DNA from: Rubrivivax sp.
GTDB taxonomy: Bacteria > Pseudomonadota > Gammaproteobacteria > Burkholderiales > Burkholderiaceae_C
Direction of reading: 5' to 3'
Length of the DNA stretch: 64,000 nucleotides
NCBI GenBank assembly: GCA_019635285.1
Contig: JAHBZS010000008.1
Coordinates: forward strand, 80,557 to 144,556
Shown piece after piece: positions 1-11,177 of the stretch. The notes beneath the pieces are model-generated. The model was not told the DNA's origin. It worked only from the letters and a program-made list of their open reading frames with translations, and ran no database searches. The position numbers were made by a program, and so were the translations under genes. Position 1 is the stretch's first letter, and each line of letters opens with the position of its first letter.

Positions 1-739
1 GCGCCGCGTGCTGCTCACCGAGGCCGGCCGGGAGCTGCTGCCCTATGCGACGCGCGTGCTGGCCGACCTGGAGCAGGCGGCCAGCTCGGTGGCCGGGCTC
101 AGCGACAAGAGCCGCGGCTGGCTGCGGCTGGCCATGCCGCAGCTGATGGCGTCGACCCTGGGCGCGCGGGCCATCGCCGCCTTCCATCGGCAGCACCCAG
201 GCATCGCCATCGAGCTGCACGACACGCCGCCCGACCAGCTGGTGGCACAGGTGCTGTCGGGCGATGTGGAGCTGGCCATCGGCGTGGAGGTGCCGTCCAG
301 CGCCCACATCCAGCGCACGCTGCTGCTGCGCGACCGCCACTGGGTGGTGTGCCCGTCCACGCATGCGCTGGCTGCGCGCGCCCAGGTGCGCTGGAAGGAC
401 CTGGCGGGCGTGCCCTTCATTGCGCCGACGCGCGGCTTCCTGCGCTGGCTGGAGCCGCTGCTGGTGCCGCGTGGCCTGCTGCCGGCGCCGGCGCACACGG
501 TGGGCTATGCCAGCACGGCGCTGGGGCTGGTGGCCGCCGGCCTGGGCGTGACCATGGTGCCGACCTACGGCGGCCCGCTGGCACGCGCCTGGGGGCTGGT
601 GCTGCGCCCGCTGGTGGCGCCGGTGTTCGAGCGCGACGTGCAGATCTATTCGGCGCCGGGGCGCAGCCTGACCCCGGCGGCGCAGGCCTTCTGCGAGGTG
701 ATGGTGCAGCAGGCGGCAGCCGGCCCGAGGGCGGTGTAG
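1..739 (+). CDS. LysR-family transcriptional regulator (5' end lies before the window)
   Basis: Reads ..RRVLLTEAGRELL.. (end of LysR HTH/linker), then a substrate-binding domain (GWLRLAMPQ, GDVELAI, GLVAAGLGVTMVP). Confidence 0.9.
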   Translation, partial: RRVLLTEAGRELLPYATRVLADLEQAASSVAGLSDKSRGWLRLAMPQLMASTLGARAIAAFHRQHPGIAIELHDTPPDQLVAQVLSGDVELAIGVEVPSSAHIQRTLLLRDRHWVVCPSTHALAARAQVRWKDLAGVPFIAPTRGFLRWLEPLLVPRGLLPAPAHTVGYASTALGLVAAGLGVTMVPTYGGPLARAWGLVLRPLVAPVFERDVQIYSAPGRSLTPAAQAFCEVMVQQAAAGPRAV

Positions 740-774
740 TCTTGGCTGTTCCGTCCACCGTCTGCCCGCGTCCC

Positions 775-1326
775 ATGCCCCTGCCGCCCCCCGACTGCGC
801 CCGCCGAGCCTCGCACCGGCGCTCGATCACCATCGACGCCTACGCCCGCAGCGACGGGCTGTGGGACATCGAAGGCCACCTTACCGACGCCTGGACCCAG
901 CCGGTGCCGCGCGCCGGCGGCCTGCTGCCGCCCGGCGAGCCGATGCATTCGATGTGGCTGCGCCTGACGGTGGATGCCAGCGCCACCATCGTGGCGGTGC
1001 AGGCCGCCACCGACGCCGCGCCCTACGACGCGGCCTGCGGCGCCATCGCACCGGACTACGGGCAGCTGGTCGGCGTGCGCGTGGCGCGCGGCTACCGCGA
1101 CGCCATCCGCCGCCTGTTCGGCCGCACCGCGGGCTGCACCCACATGAGCGAGCTGGCCGGCGTGATGGGCAGCGCGGTGCTGCAGGCGATGTGGGAGGTG
1201 ATGACGCAGAACCCCGACGAGAAGCCTTTCAGCATCGACGGCTGCCACGCGCTGAAGTCGTCGGGGCCGCAGGTGGCCCAGTTCTTTCCGCGCTGGTACA
1301 AGCCGCAGACTCCGCCTCAGACCTGA
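775..1326 (+). CDS. DUF2889-family protein
   Basis: ATG at 775 within ORF 349..1326. Motifs HRRSITIDAYARSDGLWDIEGHLTD, MHSMWLRLTVD, GCTHMSEL and IDGCHAL are typical of DUF2889. Confidence 0.75.
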   Translation: MPLPPPDCARRASHRRSITIDAYARSDGLWDIEGHLTDAWTQPVPRAGGLLPPGEPMHSMWLRLTVDASATIVAVQAATDAAPYDAACGAIAPDYGQLVGVRVARGYRDAIRRLFGRTAGCTHMSELAGVMGSAVLQAMWEVMTQNPDEKPFSIDGCHALKSSGPQVAQFFPRWYKPQTPPQT

Positions 1327-1430
1327 GGCCGCGGCGGCGCGTCGCCCGGGCCCGTTGATCCAGGCAGGTCGCTCAAGCCGCTCAAACGAGATCTGATTCG
1401 ATCGAATGGATGTCGCGTTGCGGGCTGCCT

Positions 1431-1566
1431 TCGGCGCGTTGTTGTCGTTCGCGTCATCCAGCGCAAGCCGAGGGTGGCGGGTGAACGAATCCGCTCCTGT
1501 CCCCCGCCCGGTCTGCGACCGGGCTCCTCCTTTACCTCGCGGATTCGCTCACCCGCCACCCTCGGC
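1431..1566. ncRNA. Candidate structured RNA/repeat element, copy 1
   Basis: Perfect 18-bp stem 1467-1484/1549-1566 and 9-bp stem 1486-1494/1539-1547. Internal loop TCCTGTCCCCC (1495-1505) / TCCTCCTTTACCTC (1525-1538). Apical 8-bp hairpin 1506-1524. Homologous to the inverted copy at 1668-1803. Confidence 0.6.
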
Positions 1567-1667
1567 CGGGCAGCTGCGAGGCCTTCGATGCCGCGTGAAC
1601 AGCCCAAGCGACGCAGTGCCGCGTGGTTTGGCTGTTGGTGATGTCCCGAACCACGCCGTACTCACCC

Positions 1668-1803
1668 GCCGAGGACGGGGGATGCGAGTCCGCGAGGTAA
1701 AGGAGGAGGGGCGGGCGCCAGCCCGACCCGGGGGACAGGAGCGGATTCGCATCCCCCGTCCTCGGCTCGCGCTGGATTGAAGCGGACGACTGCAACGCGC
1801 CGA
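1668..1803. ncRNA. Candidate structured RNA/repeat element, copy 2 (inverted relative to copy 1)
   Basis: Perfect 20-bp stem 1668-1687/1747-1766 and 5-bp stem 1689-1693/1741-1745. Loop strands GAGGTAAAGGAGGA (1694-1707) and GGGGGACAGGA (1730-1740) are exact reverse complements of the copy-1 loops. Apical hairpin 1708-1729. Confidence 0.6.
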
Positions 1804-1852
1804 TTGGCGCCACCATCTTTATGCGCTTGATCGCAGCACGGTATCAGGCCGC

Positions 1853-2440
1853 TCAATCCGCTCCGGCCGTGACATTTCCGCGCACCGGCGAAATCGGCTC
1901 GTCGCTGGCCCGCACCAGGAAGTCGGCGGCCGGCGTGCCCGCGCGGCGGCGCGCCACCCAGTCGTCGGGGTCGTACTCCACGCCGATCGGGTTGGCGCTG
2001 AAATGCGGGCCGTGCATGTAGGCGTTGGTGGCGTCGTTGGACGCGAAGCAGTCGACCTGGAACTCCATCTGGTTGCCGTCGGGGTCGCGGTAGTACATCG
2101 ACACGGTGATGCCGTGGTGCACGCACCAGTAGGGCCGGATGCCCAGCGCCTTCAGCTGCTCGTAGCTGTCCAGTAGCTGGTCCAGCGAGTCGTAGGCATA
2201 GGCCACGTGGTCGACGCCGATCTGCCCCTTGCGGTCTACGTCGCTGCCCTGCGGATCCAGCACCGACAGGTTGACGAAGGCGAAGCGATGGTGCTCGTCG
2301 TCGTAGGTCAGGAAGGCCAGCACCGGGTTCTGGAACTGGGCGCGGGTGTCGAAGACGGCCTGGTACCACTGCAGCATCGGCTCGAAGCGGCGCGTGCGGT
2401 AGACGACGTGGCAGAAGCGGGTGGGCTTGGTGCGCTGCAT
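1853..2440 (-). CDS. VOC/glyoxalase-superfamily protein (extradiol-dioxygenase-like)
   Basis: FCHVVYRT, DDEHHRFAF, GVDHVAY, HHGITVSMYYRDPDGNQMEFQVD motifs. Confidence 0.85.
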   Translation of the reverse strand: MQRTKPTRFCHVVYRTRRFEPMLQWYQAVFDTRAQFQNPVLAFLTYDDEHHRFAFVNLSVLDPQGSDVDRKGQIGVDHVAYAYDSLDQLLDSYEQLKALGIRPYWCVHHGITVSMYYRDPDGNQMEFQVDCFASNDATNAYMHGPHFSANPIGVEYDPDDWVARRRAGTPAADFLVRASDEPISPVRGNVTAGAD

Positions 2441-2623
2441 GGAGCCTCCTTGGCGCGGCTTGCCGTGCCGGCGATGCTACGCCTGCCGCCCGACGGCCAG
2501 GTCGGTCCGCCGCCGCGCCCTGGGTTGGGAGGCTGAACTTCCGCGGCGCGGATTTGTCGGAGAATTTTGCGTCTGCAACTCCCCGAGCGCTGGGCTCGGC
2601 CCTTGCCTGGAAGGCTCCCCACC

Positions 2624-3736
2624 ATGAAGAAGCTTGTCTCCCGATGCCTGGCCGCGCTGGCGGCGACCCTGGGCCTGTGCGGCGCCGCGCTGGCGCAGAA
2701 CGCCGAGCCCAAGGTGCTGAACATCTACAACTGGTCGGACTACATCGCCGAAGACACCATCAAGAACTTCGAGAAGGAAACCGGCATCAAGGTCCGCTAC
2801 GACAACTACGACACCAACGAGATCCTTCACGCCAAGCTGGTGGCGGGCAAGAGCGGCTACGACATCGTCGTGCCGAGCGCGCAGTTCGCCAAGCAGCAGA
2901 TCGACGCCGGGTTGTTCCAGAAGCTCGACCGCTCGCAGCTCAGCAACTGGGGTAACCTGGACCCGGCGCTGCTGGAGCTGCTGGCCAAGGTGGACCCGGG
3001 CAACCAGTACGTGGTGGACTGGCTGTGGGGCTACATCACCGTGGGCATCAACGTGCCGCTGGTGAAGAAGGCGCTGGGCACCGAGCCGATGCCCGAGAAC
3101 CCCTGGTCGCTGATCTTCGACCCCAAGTACGCCAGCAAGCTCAAGTCCTGCGGCATCAGCCTGCTCGATTCGGCCTCCGAGGTCATGCCGGTGGCGATGT
3201 TCTACGTCGGTAAGCCCGGCTACAGCCGCAATGCCGCCGACTATGCGGCCGCGGCCGAGATGCTGAAGAAGATCCGCCCCTACGTGACGCGCTTCTCTTC
3301 GTCCGGCTACATCAACGACCTGGCGAGCGGCTCGCTGTGCGTGGTGATGGGCTATTCGGGCGACATCAACATCGCCCGCGCGCGGGCCATCGAGGCCGGC
3401 AAGGGCCCGGTGATCCAGGCGCTGGTGCCCAAGAGCGGCGCCACGCTGTTCTTCGACGTGATGGCCATTCCGGCCGATGCGCCGCACCCGAAGAACGCGC
3501 ACCTGTTCATCAACTACATCATGCGCCCCGAGGTGCATGCGTCGCTGACCAACAAGGTGTTCTATGCCAACCCGAACAAGGCGTCGCTGAAGTTCGTCAA
3601 GCCTGACGTAGCGACGAACCCGACCGTGTTCCTGGCGGACGAAGACAAGGCGCGCATGAACATGCCCGAGGCCCTGCCGCAGGACATCCGGCGCGTGCAG
3701 ACGCGGGCCTTCACCAACTTCAAGGCGGGTTCCTAG
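2624..3736 (+). CDS. Polyamine (putrescine/spermidine) ABC transporter substrate-binding protein, PotF/PotD-like
   Basis: Signal peptide, then VLNIYNWSDYI, GYDIVVPS, WLWGYITVGIN, GYSGDI. ATG at 2624. No permease or ATPase genes adjacent. Confidence 0.9.
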   Translation: MKKLVSRCLAALAATLGLCGAALAQNAEPKVLNIYNWSDYIAEDTIKNFEKETGIKVRYDNYDTNEILHAKLVAGKSGYDIVVPSAQFAKQQIDAGLFQKLDRSQLSNWGNLDPALLELLAKVDPGNQYVVDWLWGYITVGINVPLVKKALGTEPMPENPWSLIFDPKYASKLKSCGISLLDSASEVMPVAMFYVGKPGYSRNAADYAAAAEMLKKIRPYVTRFSSSGYINDLASGSLCVVMGYSGDINIARARAIEAGKGPVIQALVPKSGATLFFDVMAIPADAPHPKNAHLFINYIMRPEVHASLTNKVFYANPNKASLKFVKPDVATNPTVFLADEDKARMNMPEALPQDIRRVQTRAFTNFKAGS

Positions 3737-3745
3737 GGATGCGCC

Positions 3746-4909
3746 TTAGCGCACCGGCCCGGCGCTGGGGATGAGGAAGCGGCGGTCGATGTCCGCCACG
3801 CGCGCGGCGCCGGCGATCAGCATGTCGCGCGACAGCTCGGCGGCGATGCGTTCATAGGCGCTCCGCACGCCCATCCAGCCGCCGAGCGCCAGCGAGAAAA
3901 GCACCGGGCGACCGATGGCCACGGCGTTTGCGCCGCGCGCCAGCGCCTTGAAGACATCGCCGCCGCGCCGGATGCCGCTGTCCATGATGATCGGCACCCG
4001 GCCGCCCACGGCCTCGACCACGCCGGGCAGCGCGTCGAAAGCCGCGGCCACGCCGTCCAGCTGCCGGCCGCCGTGGTTGGACACCTGGATCGCCGCCACG
4101 CCCTGGTCGAGCGCCTGCTTGGCCGTCTCGGGCGTGAGCACGCCCTTGAGCACGACCGGCAGCTTGGTGCTGTCCTGGATGAACTTCAGGTCGTCCCAAC
4201 CCAGGCTCTTCTTCATCTGCGCCGGGTTGGCGTTGACGATCGGCAGGCTGGGCGGAAAGGTGAAGCCCATGCGGATGGTGGCGTCCGAAGACCCCGGCGC
4301 GAAGGCGTCGATGGAGAAGACGATGGCGGTGTAGCCGGCTGCCTCGGCACGGCGGATCAGCGCCAGCGACGCGGCGCGCTCCTGCAGCAGGTAGAGCTGG
4401 AACCACTTGGGGCCCTGCGTCGCCGCGGCGATGACCTCGATCGGCTGGTTGGCCATGGTCGAGACCGTCATCAGGGTGCCGGCCTCGCCGGTACCCCTGG
4501 CCGTGCCGCTCTCGGCAGACACGTGGGCCAAGCCATGCGTGCCCATGGGGGTGGTGATGATGGGCATGGACAGCGCGTGGCCCAGCAAGGTGGTGCGCAA
4601 CTCAGGCTGGGGCTGGCCGACCAGGTAGTGGGGCTTGAGCGTGACGCGCTGGAAAGCGCGCCGGTTCTCGTGCAGAGTCCACTGGCTGTCCGAGCCCGAA
4701 GCGATGAAGGCGAAGGCGCCCGGATCCATCACCTTCTGGGCCGCGGCGTCGAGGTCTTCCAGGTCGGCGATCTGCAGTGGGCCCACGCGCGTGGGCGCGA
4801 CAAAGGTGGCCTCGAGTGCGGGTTCCAGGCCGGCACCCACCGTCAACACGTCAGTGGTGGTGGCGGCCATGCCCACGGCAAAGCTGTCGGTGGGCTCGAG
4901 GGCAGCCAT
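3746..4909 (-). CDS. FMN-dependent alpha-hydroxy-acid oxidase/dehydrogenase family protein (start 4909 or 4870)
   Basis: ASGSDSQWTLHENRRAF, WFQLY, LPVVLKGV, SNHGGRQLDG, DSGIRRGGDVFKALARGA. Confidence 0.9.
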   Translation of the reverse strand: MAALEPTDSFAVGMAATTTDVLTVGAGLEPALEATFVAPTRVGPLQIADLEDLDAAAQKVMDPGAFAFIASGSDSQWTLHENRRAFQRVTLKPHYLVGQPQPELRTTLLGHALSMPIITTPMGTHGLAHVSAESGTARGTGEAGTLMTVSTMANQPIEVIAAATQGPKWFQLYLLQERAASLALIRRAEAAGYTAIVFSIDAFAPGSSDATIRMGFTFPPSLPIVNANPAQMKKSLGWDDLKFIQDSTKLPVVLKGVLTPETAKQALDQGVAAIQVSNHGGRQLDGVAAAFDALPGVVEAVGGRVPIIMDSGIRRGGDVFKALARGANAVAIGRPVLFSLALGGWMGVRSAYERIAAELSRDMLIAGAARVADIDRRFLIPSAGPVR

Positions 4910-4922
4910 GCTGCGGTGCGTC

Positions 4923-6389
4923 TCAGCACTCGACGATGTTGACGGCGAGCCCGCCACGCGCGGTTTCCTTGTATTTGGTCATCATGTCGGCGCCGGTCTC
5001 GCGCATCGTCTTGATGACCTTGTCCAGGCTCACGTGGTGCGTGCCGTCGCCGTGCAGCGCCATGCGCGCGGCATTGATGGCCTTGACCGAGGCGATCGCG
5101 TTGCGCTCGATGCAGGGGATCTGCACCAGGCCGCCCACCGGGTCGCAGGTCAGGCCCAGGTGGTGCTCCATGCCGATCTCGGCGGCGTTCTCCACCTGCG
5201 CCGGCGTGCCGCCGAGCACCGCGCACAGCGCGCCGGCAGCCATCGAACAAGCCACGCCGACCTCGCCCTGGCAGCCGACCTCGGCGCCGGAGATGCTGGC
5301 GTTTTCTTTGTAGAGCAAGCCGATGGCCGCCGCGGTGAGCAGGAAGTCGATGACCCCTCGATCGGTGGCGTCGGGTCCGGTGTCGGGCTGGTCCAAGCCG
5401 GCTGCGTCCCCGTCGGGGCGACCGACGCTTCGCGTCGCCGGGGGCGGGTTCACGAACCGGGTGTAGTAGTGCAGCACCGCCGGCACGATGCCGGCGGCCC
5501 CGTTGGTCGGCGCGGTGACGACGCGGCCGCCGGCGGCGTTTTCCTCGTTGACCGCCAGCGCGTACAGGTTCACCCAGTCCAGCACCTGCAGCGGGTCGCG
5601 CAGCGCCGCCTCGGGGTGGCGGATCAGGTCCTGGTACAGCGTCGGGGCGCGGCGCCGCACCTTGAAGCCCCCCGGCAGCGTGCCGCTGGCCGCGCAACCG
5701 CGCCGCACGCAGTCCTGCATGACGTGCCAGATCTGCAGCAGCCCGGCATCGATCTGCGCGTCGCTGCGCCAGTGGCGCTCGTTGACGCGCATCACGCCGG
5801 CGATGCTCAAGGACTCGCGCTGCGTCACCGCCAGCAGTTCGTCGCCGCTGCGGAAGGGCAGCGGCAGCACCGTGGGGTCGGGGGCGATGGCGGCGCGGCG
5901 GCTGCCGTCGGCCGCGGCCTCGTCGCTGAGCACGAAGCCGCCGCCCACCGAATAGAACACGCGCGCATCCAGCGTGTCGCCCGCGGCGTCGAAGGCCGCG
6001 AAACGCATGCCGTTGGCATGCAGCGGCAGCGACTCGCGGCGGTGGAACTTCAGGTCACGCTTCTCCGCGAAGTCCACCGCATGCACGCCGGCCAGCGGCA
6101 GCCGGCCGCTGTCGCGCAGCGCCTTCAGCAGCGCCGGGATGGTCTCGACCTCGATGGTGTCGGGCTCGTGGCCCAGCAGCCCCAGCAGCACCGCCTTGTC
6201 GCTGCCGTGGCCCTTGCCGGTGGCGCCGAGCGAGCCGTACAGATCGGCCTGCACGCGGTGCACGCGCGCCAGCAGCCCCTCGTGCTGCAGGCGCAGCGCG
6301 AAAAGCCGCGCCGCGCGCATCGGGCCGACCGTGTGGCTGCTGCTGGGGCCGATGCCGATCTTGAACAGGTCGAAGACGGAGACGGCCAT
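4923..6389 (-). CDS. sdaA: L-serine ammonia-lyase (Fe-S dependent)
   Basis: [63 protein letters not shown]. True start at 6389, not the ORF-track start. Confidence 0.95.
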   Translation of the reverse strand: MAVSVFDLFKIGIGPSSSHTVGPMRAARLFALRLQHEGLLARVHRVQADLYGSLGATGKGHGSDKAVLLGLLGHEPDTIEVETIPALLKALRDSGRLPLAGVHAVDFAEKRDLKFHRRESLPLHANGMRFAAFDAAGDTLDARVFYSVGGGFVLSDEAAADGSRRAAIAPDPTVLPLPFRSGDELLAVTQRESLSIAGVMRVNERHWRSDAQIDAGLLQIWHVMQDCVRRGCAASGTLPGGFKVRRRAPTLYQDLIRHPEAALRDPLQVLDWVNLYALAVNEENAAGGRVVTAPTNGAAGIVPAVLHYYTRFVNPPPATRSVGRPDGDAAGLDQPDTGPDATDRGVIDFLLTAAAIGLLYKENASISGAEVGCQGEVGVACSMAAGALCAVLGGTPAQVENAAEIGMEHHLGLTCDPVGGLVQIPCIERNAIASVKAINAARMALHGDGTHHVSLDKVIKTMRETGADMMTKYKETARGGLAVNIVEC

Positions 6390-6397
6390 GGCGCGAC

Positions 6398-9337
<2,940 letters not shown>

Positions 9338-9342
9338 GACGC

Positions 9343-9717
9343 TCAGAGGGTTTTCAGCAGCGCGTCGTAGCCGGGCGGGTCCATCAGCTGGTCGAACTCG
9401 GCCATGTCGGTGACGTGCACCTTGAAGAACCAGCCGTTGCCCATGGGGTCGCTGTTGGCCAGCGACGGGTCGGCGCGCAGCGCTTCGTTGACCTCGACCA
9501 CCTCGCCGGACACCGGCATGAAGATGTCGGCCGCGGCCTTCACCGATTCGACGACACCGGCCACCTCGCCCTTCTTGAAGCTCTTGCCCACCGGCGGCAG
9601 ATCGACGAAGACCACATCGCCCAGCGCGTCCTGCGCATGCAGCGTGATGCCGACGACCGCGGCCTCATGGTCTTCGATGTTGATCCATTCGTGGTCGGGC
9701 GTGAACATGGTGGTCAT
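9343..9717 (-). CDS. gcvH: Glycine cleavage system H protein
   Basis: [36 protein letters not shown] (lipoyl lysine). ATG at 9717. Confidence 0.97.
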   Translation of the reverse strand: MTTMFTPDHEWINIEDHEAAVVGITLHAQDALGDVVFVDLPPVGKSFKKGEVAGVVESVKAAADIFMPVSGEVVEVNEALRADPSLANSDPMGNGWFFKVHVTDMAEFDQLMDPPGYDALLKTL

Positions 9718-9748
9718 CGGTGGTACTCCTCGTGGTTGGTGGAAAGGC

Positions 9749-10864
9749 TCAGCCGCGGTGGTAGCGGTGGGGGACGAAGGGCATCGGCGTGACGCGCATC
9801 GGCACGCGCTGGCCGCGCACCTCGGCATAGACCTCGTGCTGCGGCTGGGCATGCTCGGCGCTGAGGTAGGCCATGGCGATGGGCTTGTCGATGGTCGGTG
9901 CGATGGTGCCGCTGGTCACGGTGCCGAGCTTGTGGCCGCGCGCGTCGACCAGCCTGGCGCCTTCACGCACCGGCACGCGCTCCAGCGCCGTCAGCCCGAC
10001 CCGCTTGACGCTGACGCCGCTGGCCAGTTGCCCGGCGATGACATCGGCACCGGGGTAGTGGCCGGCGCGGTCGCCGCCGGGGCGGCGCACCTTCTGGATC
10101 GCCCAGCTCAGGCCGGCTTCGATCGGACTGGTCTGCGGGCCGATGTCGTGGCCGTACAGGCACAGGCCGGCCTCCAGGCGCAAGGTGTCGCGCGCACCCA
10201 ACCCGGCCGGCTTGACTTCGGGCAGGTTGATCAGCGCGCGCGCCAGGGCCACCGCGGCGTCGGCCGGCACCGAGATCTCGAAGCCGTCCTCGCCGGTATA
10301 GCCGGAGCGCGTCACGTAGCAGTCGTGGCCCCCCAGCTTGAAGGGCGCGCCGGTCATGAACACCAGCTTGGCGACCTCGGGATTCAGATGGCTGAGCGCG
10401 TCGACGGCATGCGGCCCCTGCAGCGCCAGCAGCGCACGCTCGGGCATCGGCAGCACCTGGCAGCGGTGGCCGATGTGGGTGATCAAGTGGCGGGTATCGG
10501 CGTCCTTGCAGCCGGCATTGACCACCAGCAGCAGGTCGTCGGCGCGGCGTGTGACCATCAGGTCGTCGAGCAGCCCGCCACTGGCGTCGGTGAAGAAGGC
10601 GTAGCGCTGCTGGCCGGCGGCCAGGCCGAGCACGTCCACCGGCACCAGCGTCTCCAGCGCCGCCGCGGCGTCGGCGCCCACCAGCCGCAGCTGCCCCATG
10701 TGGGAGACATCGAACAGCGCCGCCGACGCGCGGCACTGGCGGTGCTCGGCAAGGATGCCGCCGGGATAGTTGACCGGCATGTCGTAGCCGGCAAAGGGCA
10801 CCATGCGGGCGCCCAGCTCCAGGTGGAGCGCGTGCAGCGGGGTCTTCAGCAAGTCGGCGGACAT
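9749..10864 (-). CDS. gcvT: Glycine cleavage system aminomethyltransferase T
   Basis: KTPLHALH, FDVSHMGQ, RSGYTGEDGFEI, GLGARDTLRLEAGLCLYG. Confidence 0.97.
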   Translation of the reverse strand: MSADLLKTPLHALHLELGARMVPFAGYDMPVNYPGGILAEHRQCRASAALFDVSHMGQLRLVGADAAAALETLVPVDVLGLAAGQQRYAFFTDASGGLLDDLMVTRRADDLLLVVNAGCKDADTRHLITHIGHRCQVLPMPERALLALQGPHAVDALSHLNPEVAKLVFMTGAPFKLGGHDCYVTRSGYTGEDGFEISVPADAAVALARALINLPEVKPAGLGARDTLRLEAGLCLYGHDIGPQTSPIEAGLSWAIQKVRRPGGDRAGHYPGADVIAGQLASGVSVKRVGLTALERVPVREGARLVDARGHKLGTVTSGTIAPTIDKPIAMAYLSAEHAQPQHEVYAEVRGQRVPMRVTPMPFVPHRYHRG

Positions 10865-10911
10865 GGCAGCTTCCAAGGGCGAAGGAACAATCCCATTCTG
10901 GTTGTTCTTGG

Positions 10912-11121
10912 CCCCCGCTGTCCGCTTTACCTGAGAGATTGGCGTGGCTTGATGACCACGCTTGCCCCTTCGGTGGGCTGGCCCGAAACCAGCCTCTCTC
11001 CAGTGAGGATCACCCCGTTGCCGGGGCGCTTGCCAGTCCTTTTGCCTGAGCGTTCGGAACTTTCGTCCCTGCGCCTTCGGCGACCGCCGCCGTGTCCGGG
11101 CAGTGGCTCTCTCCTGACGCG
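10912..11121 (-). promoter_or_regulatory. Tandem glycine riboswitch (two aptamers) upstream of gcvT
   Basis: The minus strand reads GGAGAG..CGCCGAAGGCGCA..CTCAGGCAAAAGGAC (aptamer 1), then CTGGAGAGA..CACCGAAGGGGCAA..TCTCAGGTAAAGCGGACAG (aptamer 2). A TACACT -10 candidate lies at 11125-11130. Confidence 0.93.
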
Positions 11122-11137
11122 CGCAGTGTAGCCCAGG

Positions 11138-11154
11138 CTTAATGCAAGCTTAAG
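11138..11154 (+). promoter_or_regulatory. PmrA/BasR/QseB-type (OmpR-family) direct-repeat box upstream of eptA
   Basis: CTTAAT-GCAAG-CTTAAG matches the YTTAAK-N5-YTTAAK PmrA box. An extended -10 candidate TGtCACACT lies at 11162-11170. Confidence 0.7.
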
Positions 11155-11177
11155 ACCGAGCTGTCACACTGCGACCC

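Noticed and set aside
1432-1446. Sigma54 promoter in the conserved flank (GGCGCGTTG..)
   Set aside because: No GC at the required position 10 nt after GG in either copy.
1431-1803. Elements as CRISPR repeats, 6S RNA, tRNA or IS ends
   Set aside because: Only two copies, inverted, with no spacers or cas genes. Too short for 6S, with no ssrS context. No cloverleaf. No transposase between them.
1317-1816. Short ORFs across the structured intergenic region (1317..1607-, 1406..1780+, 1532..1816-, 1549..1752-)
   Set aside because: Arg/Pro/Gly-rich, no GC3 bias and no SD-start pairing. The shared peptide words (RVREVKEE, GGQERIR) just reflect the DNA repeat.
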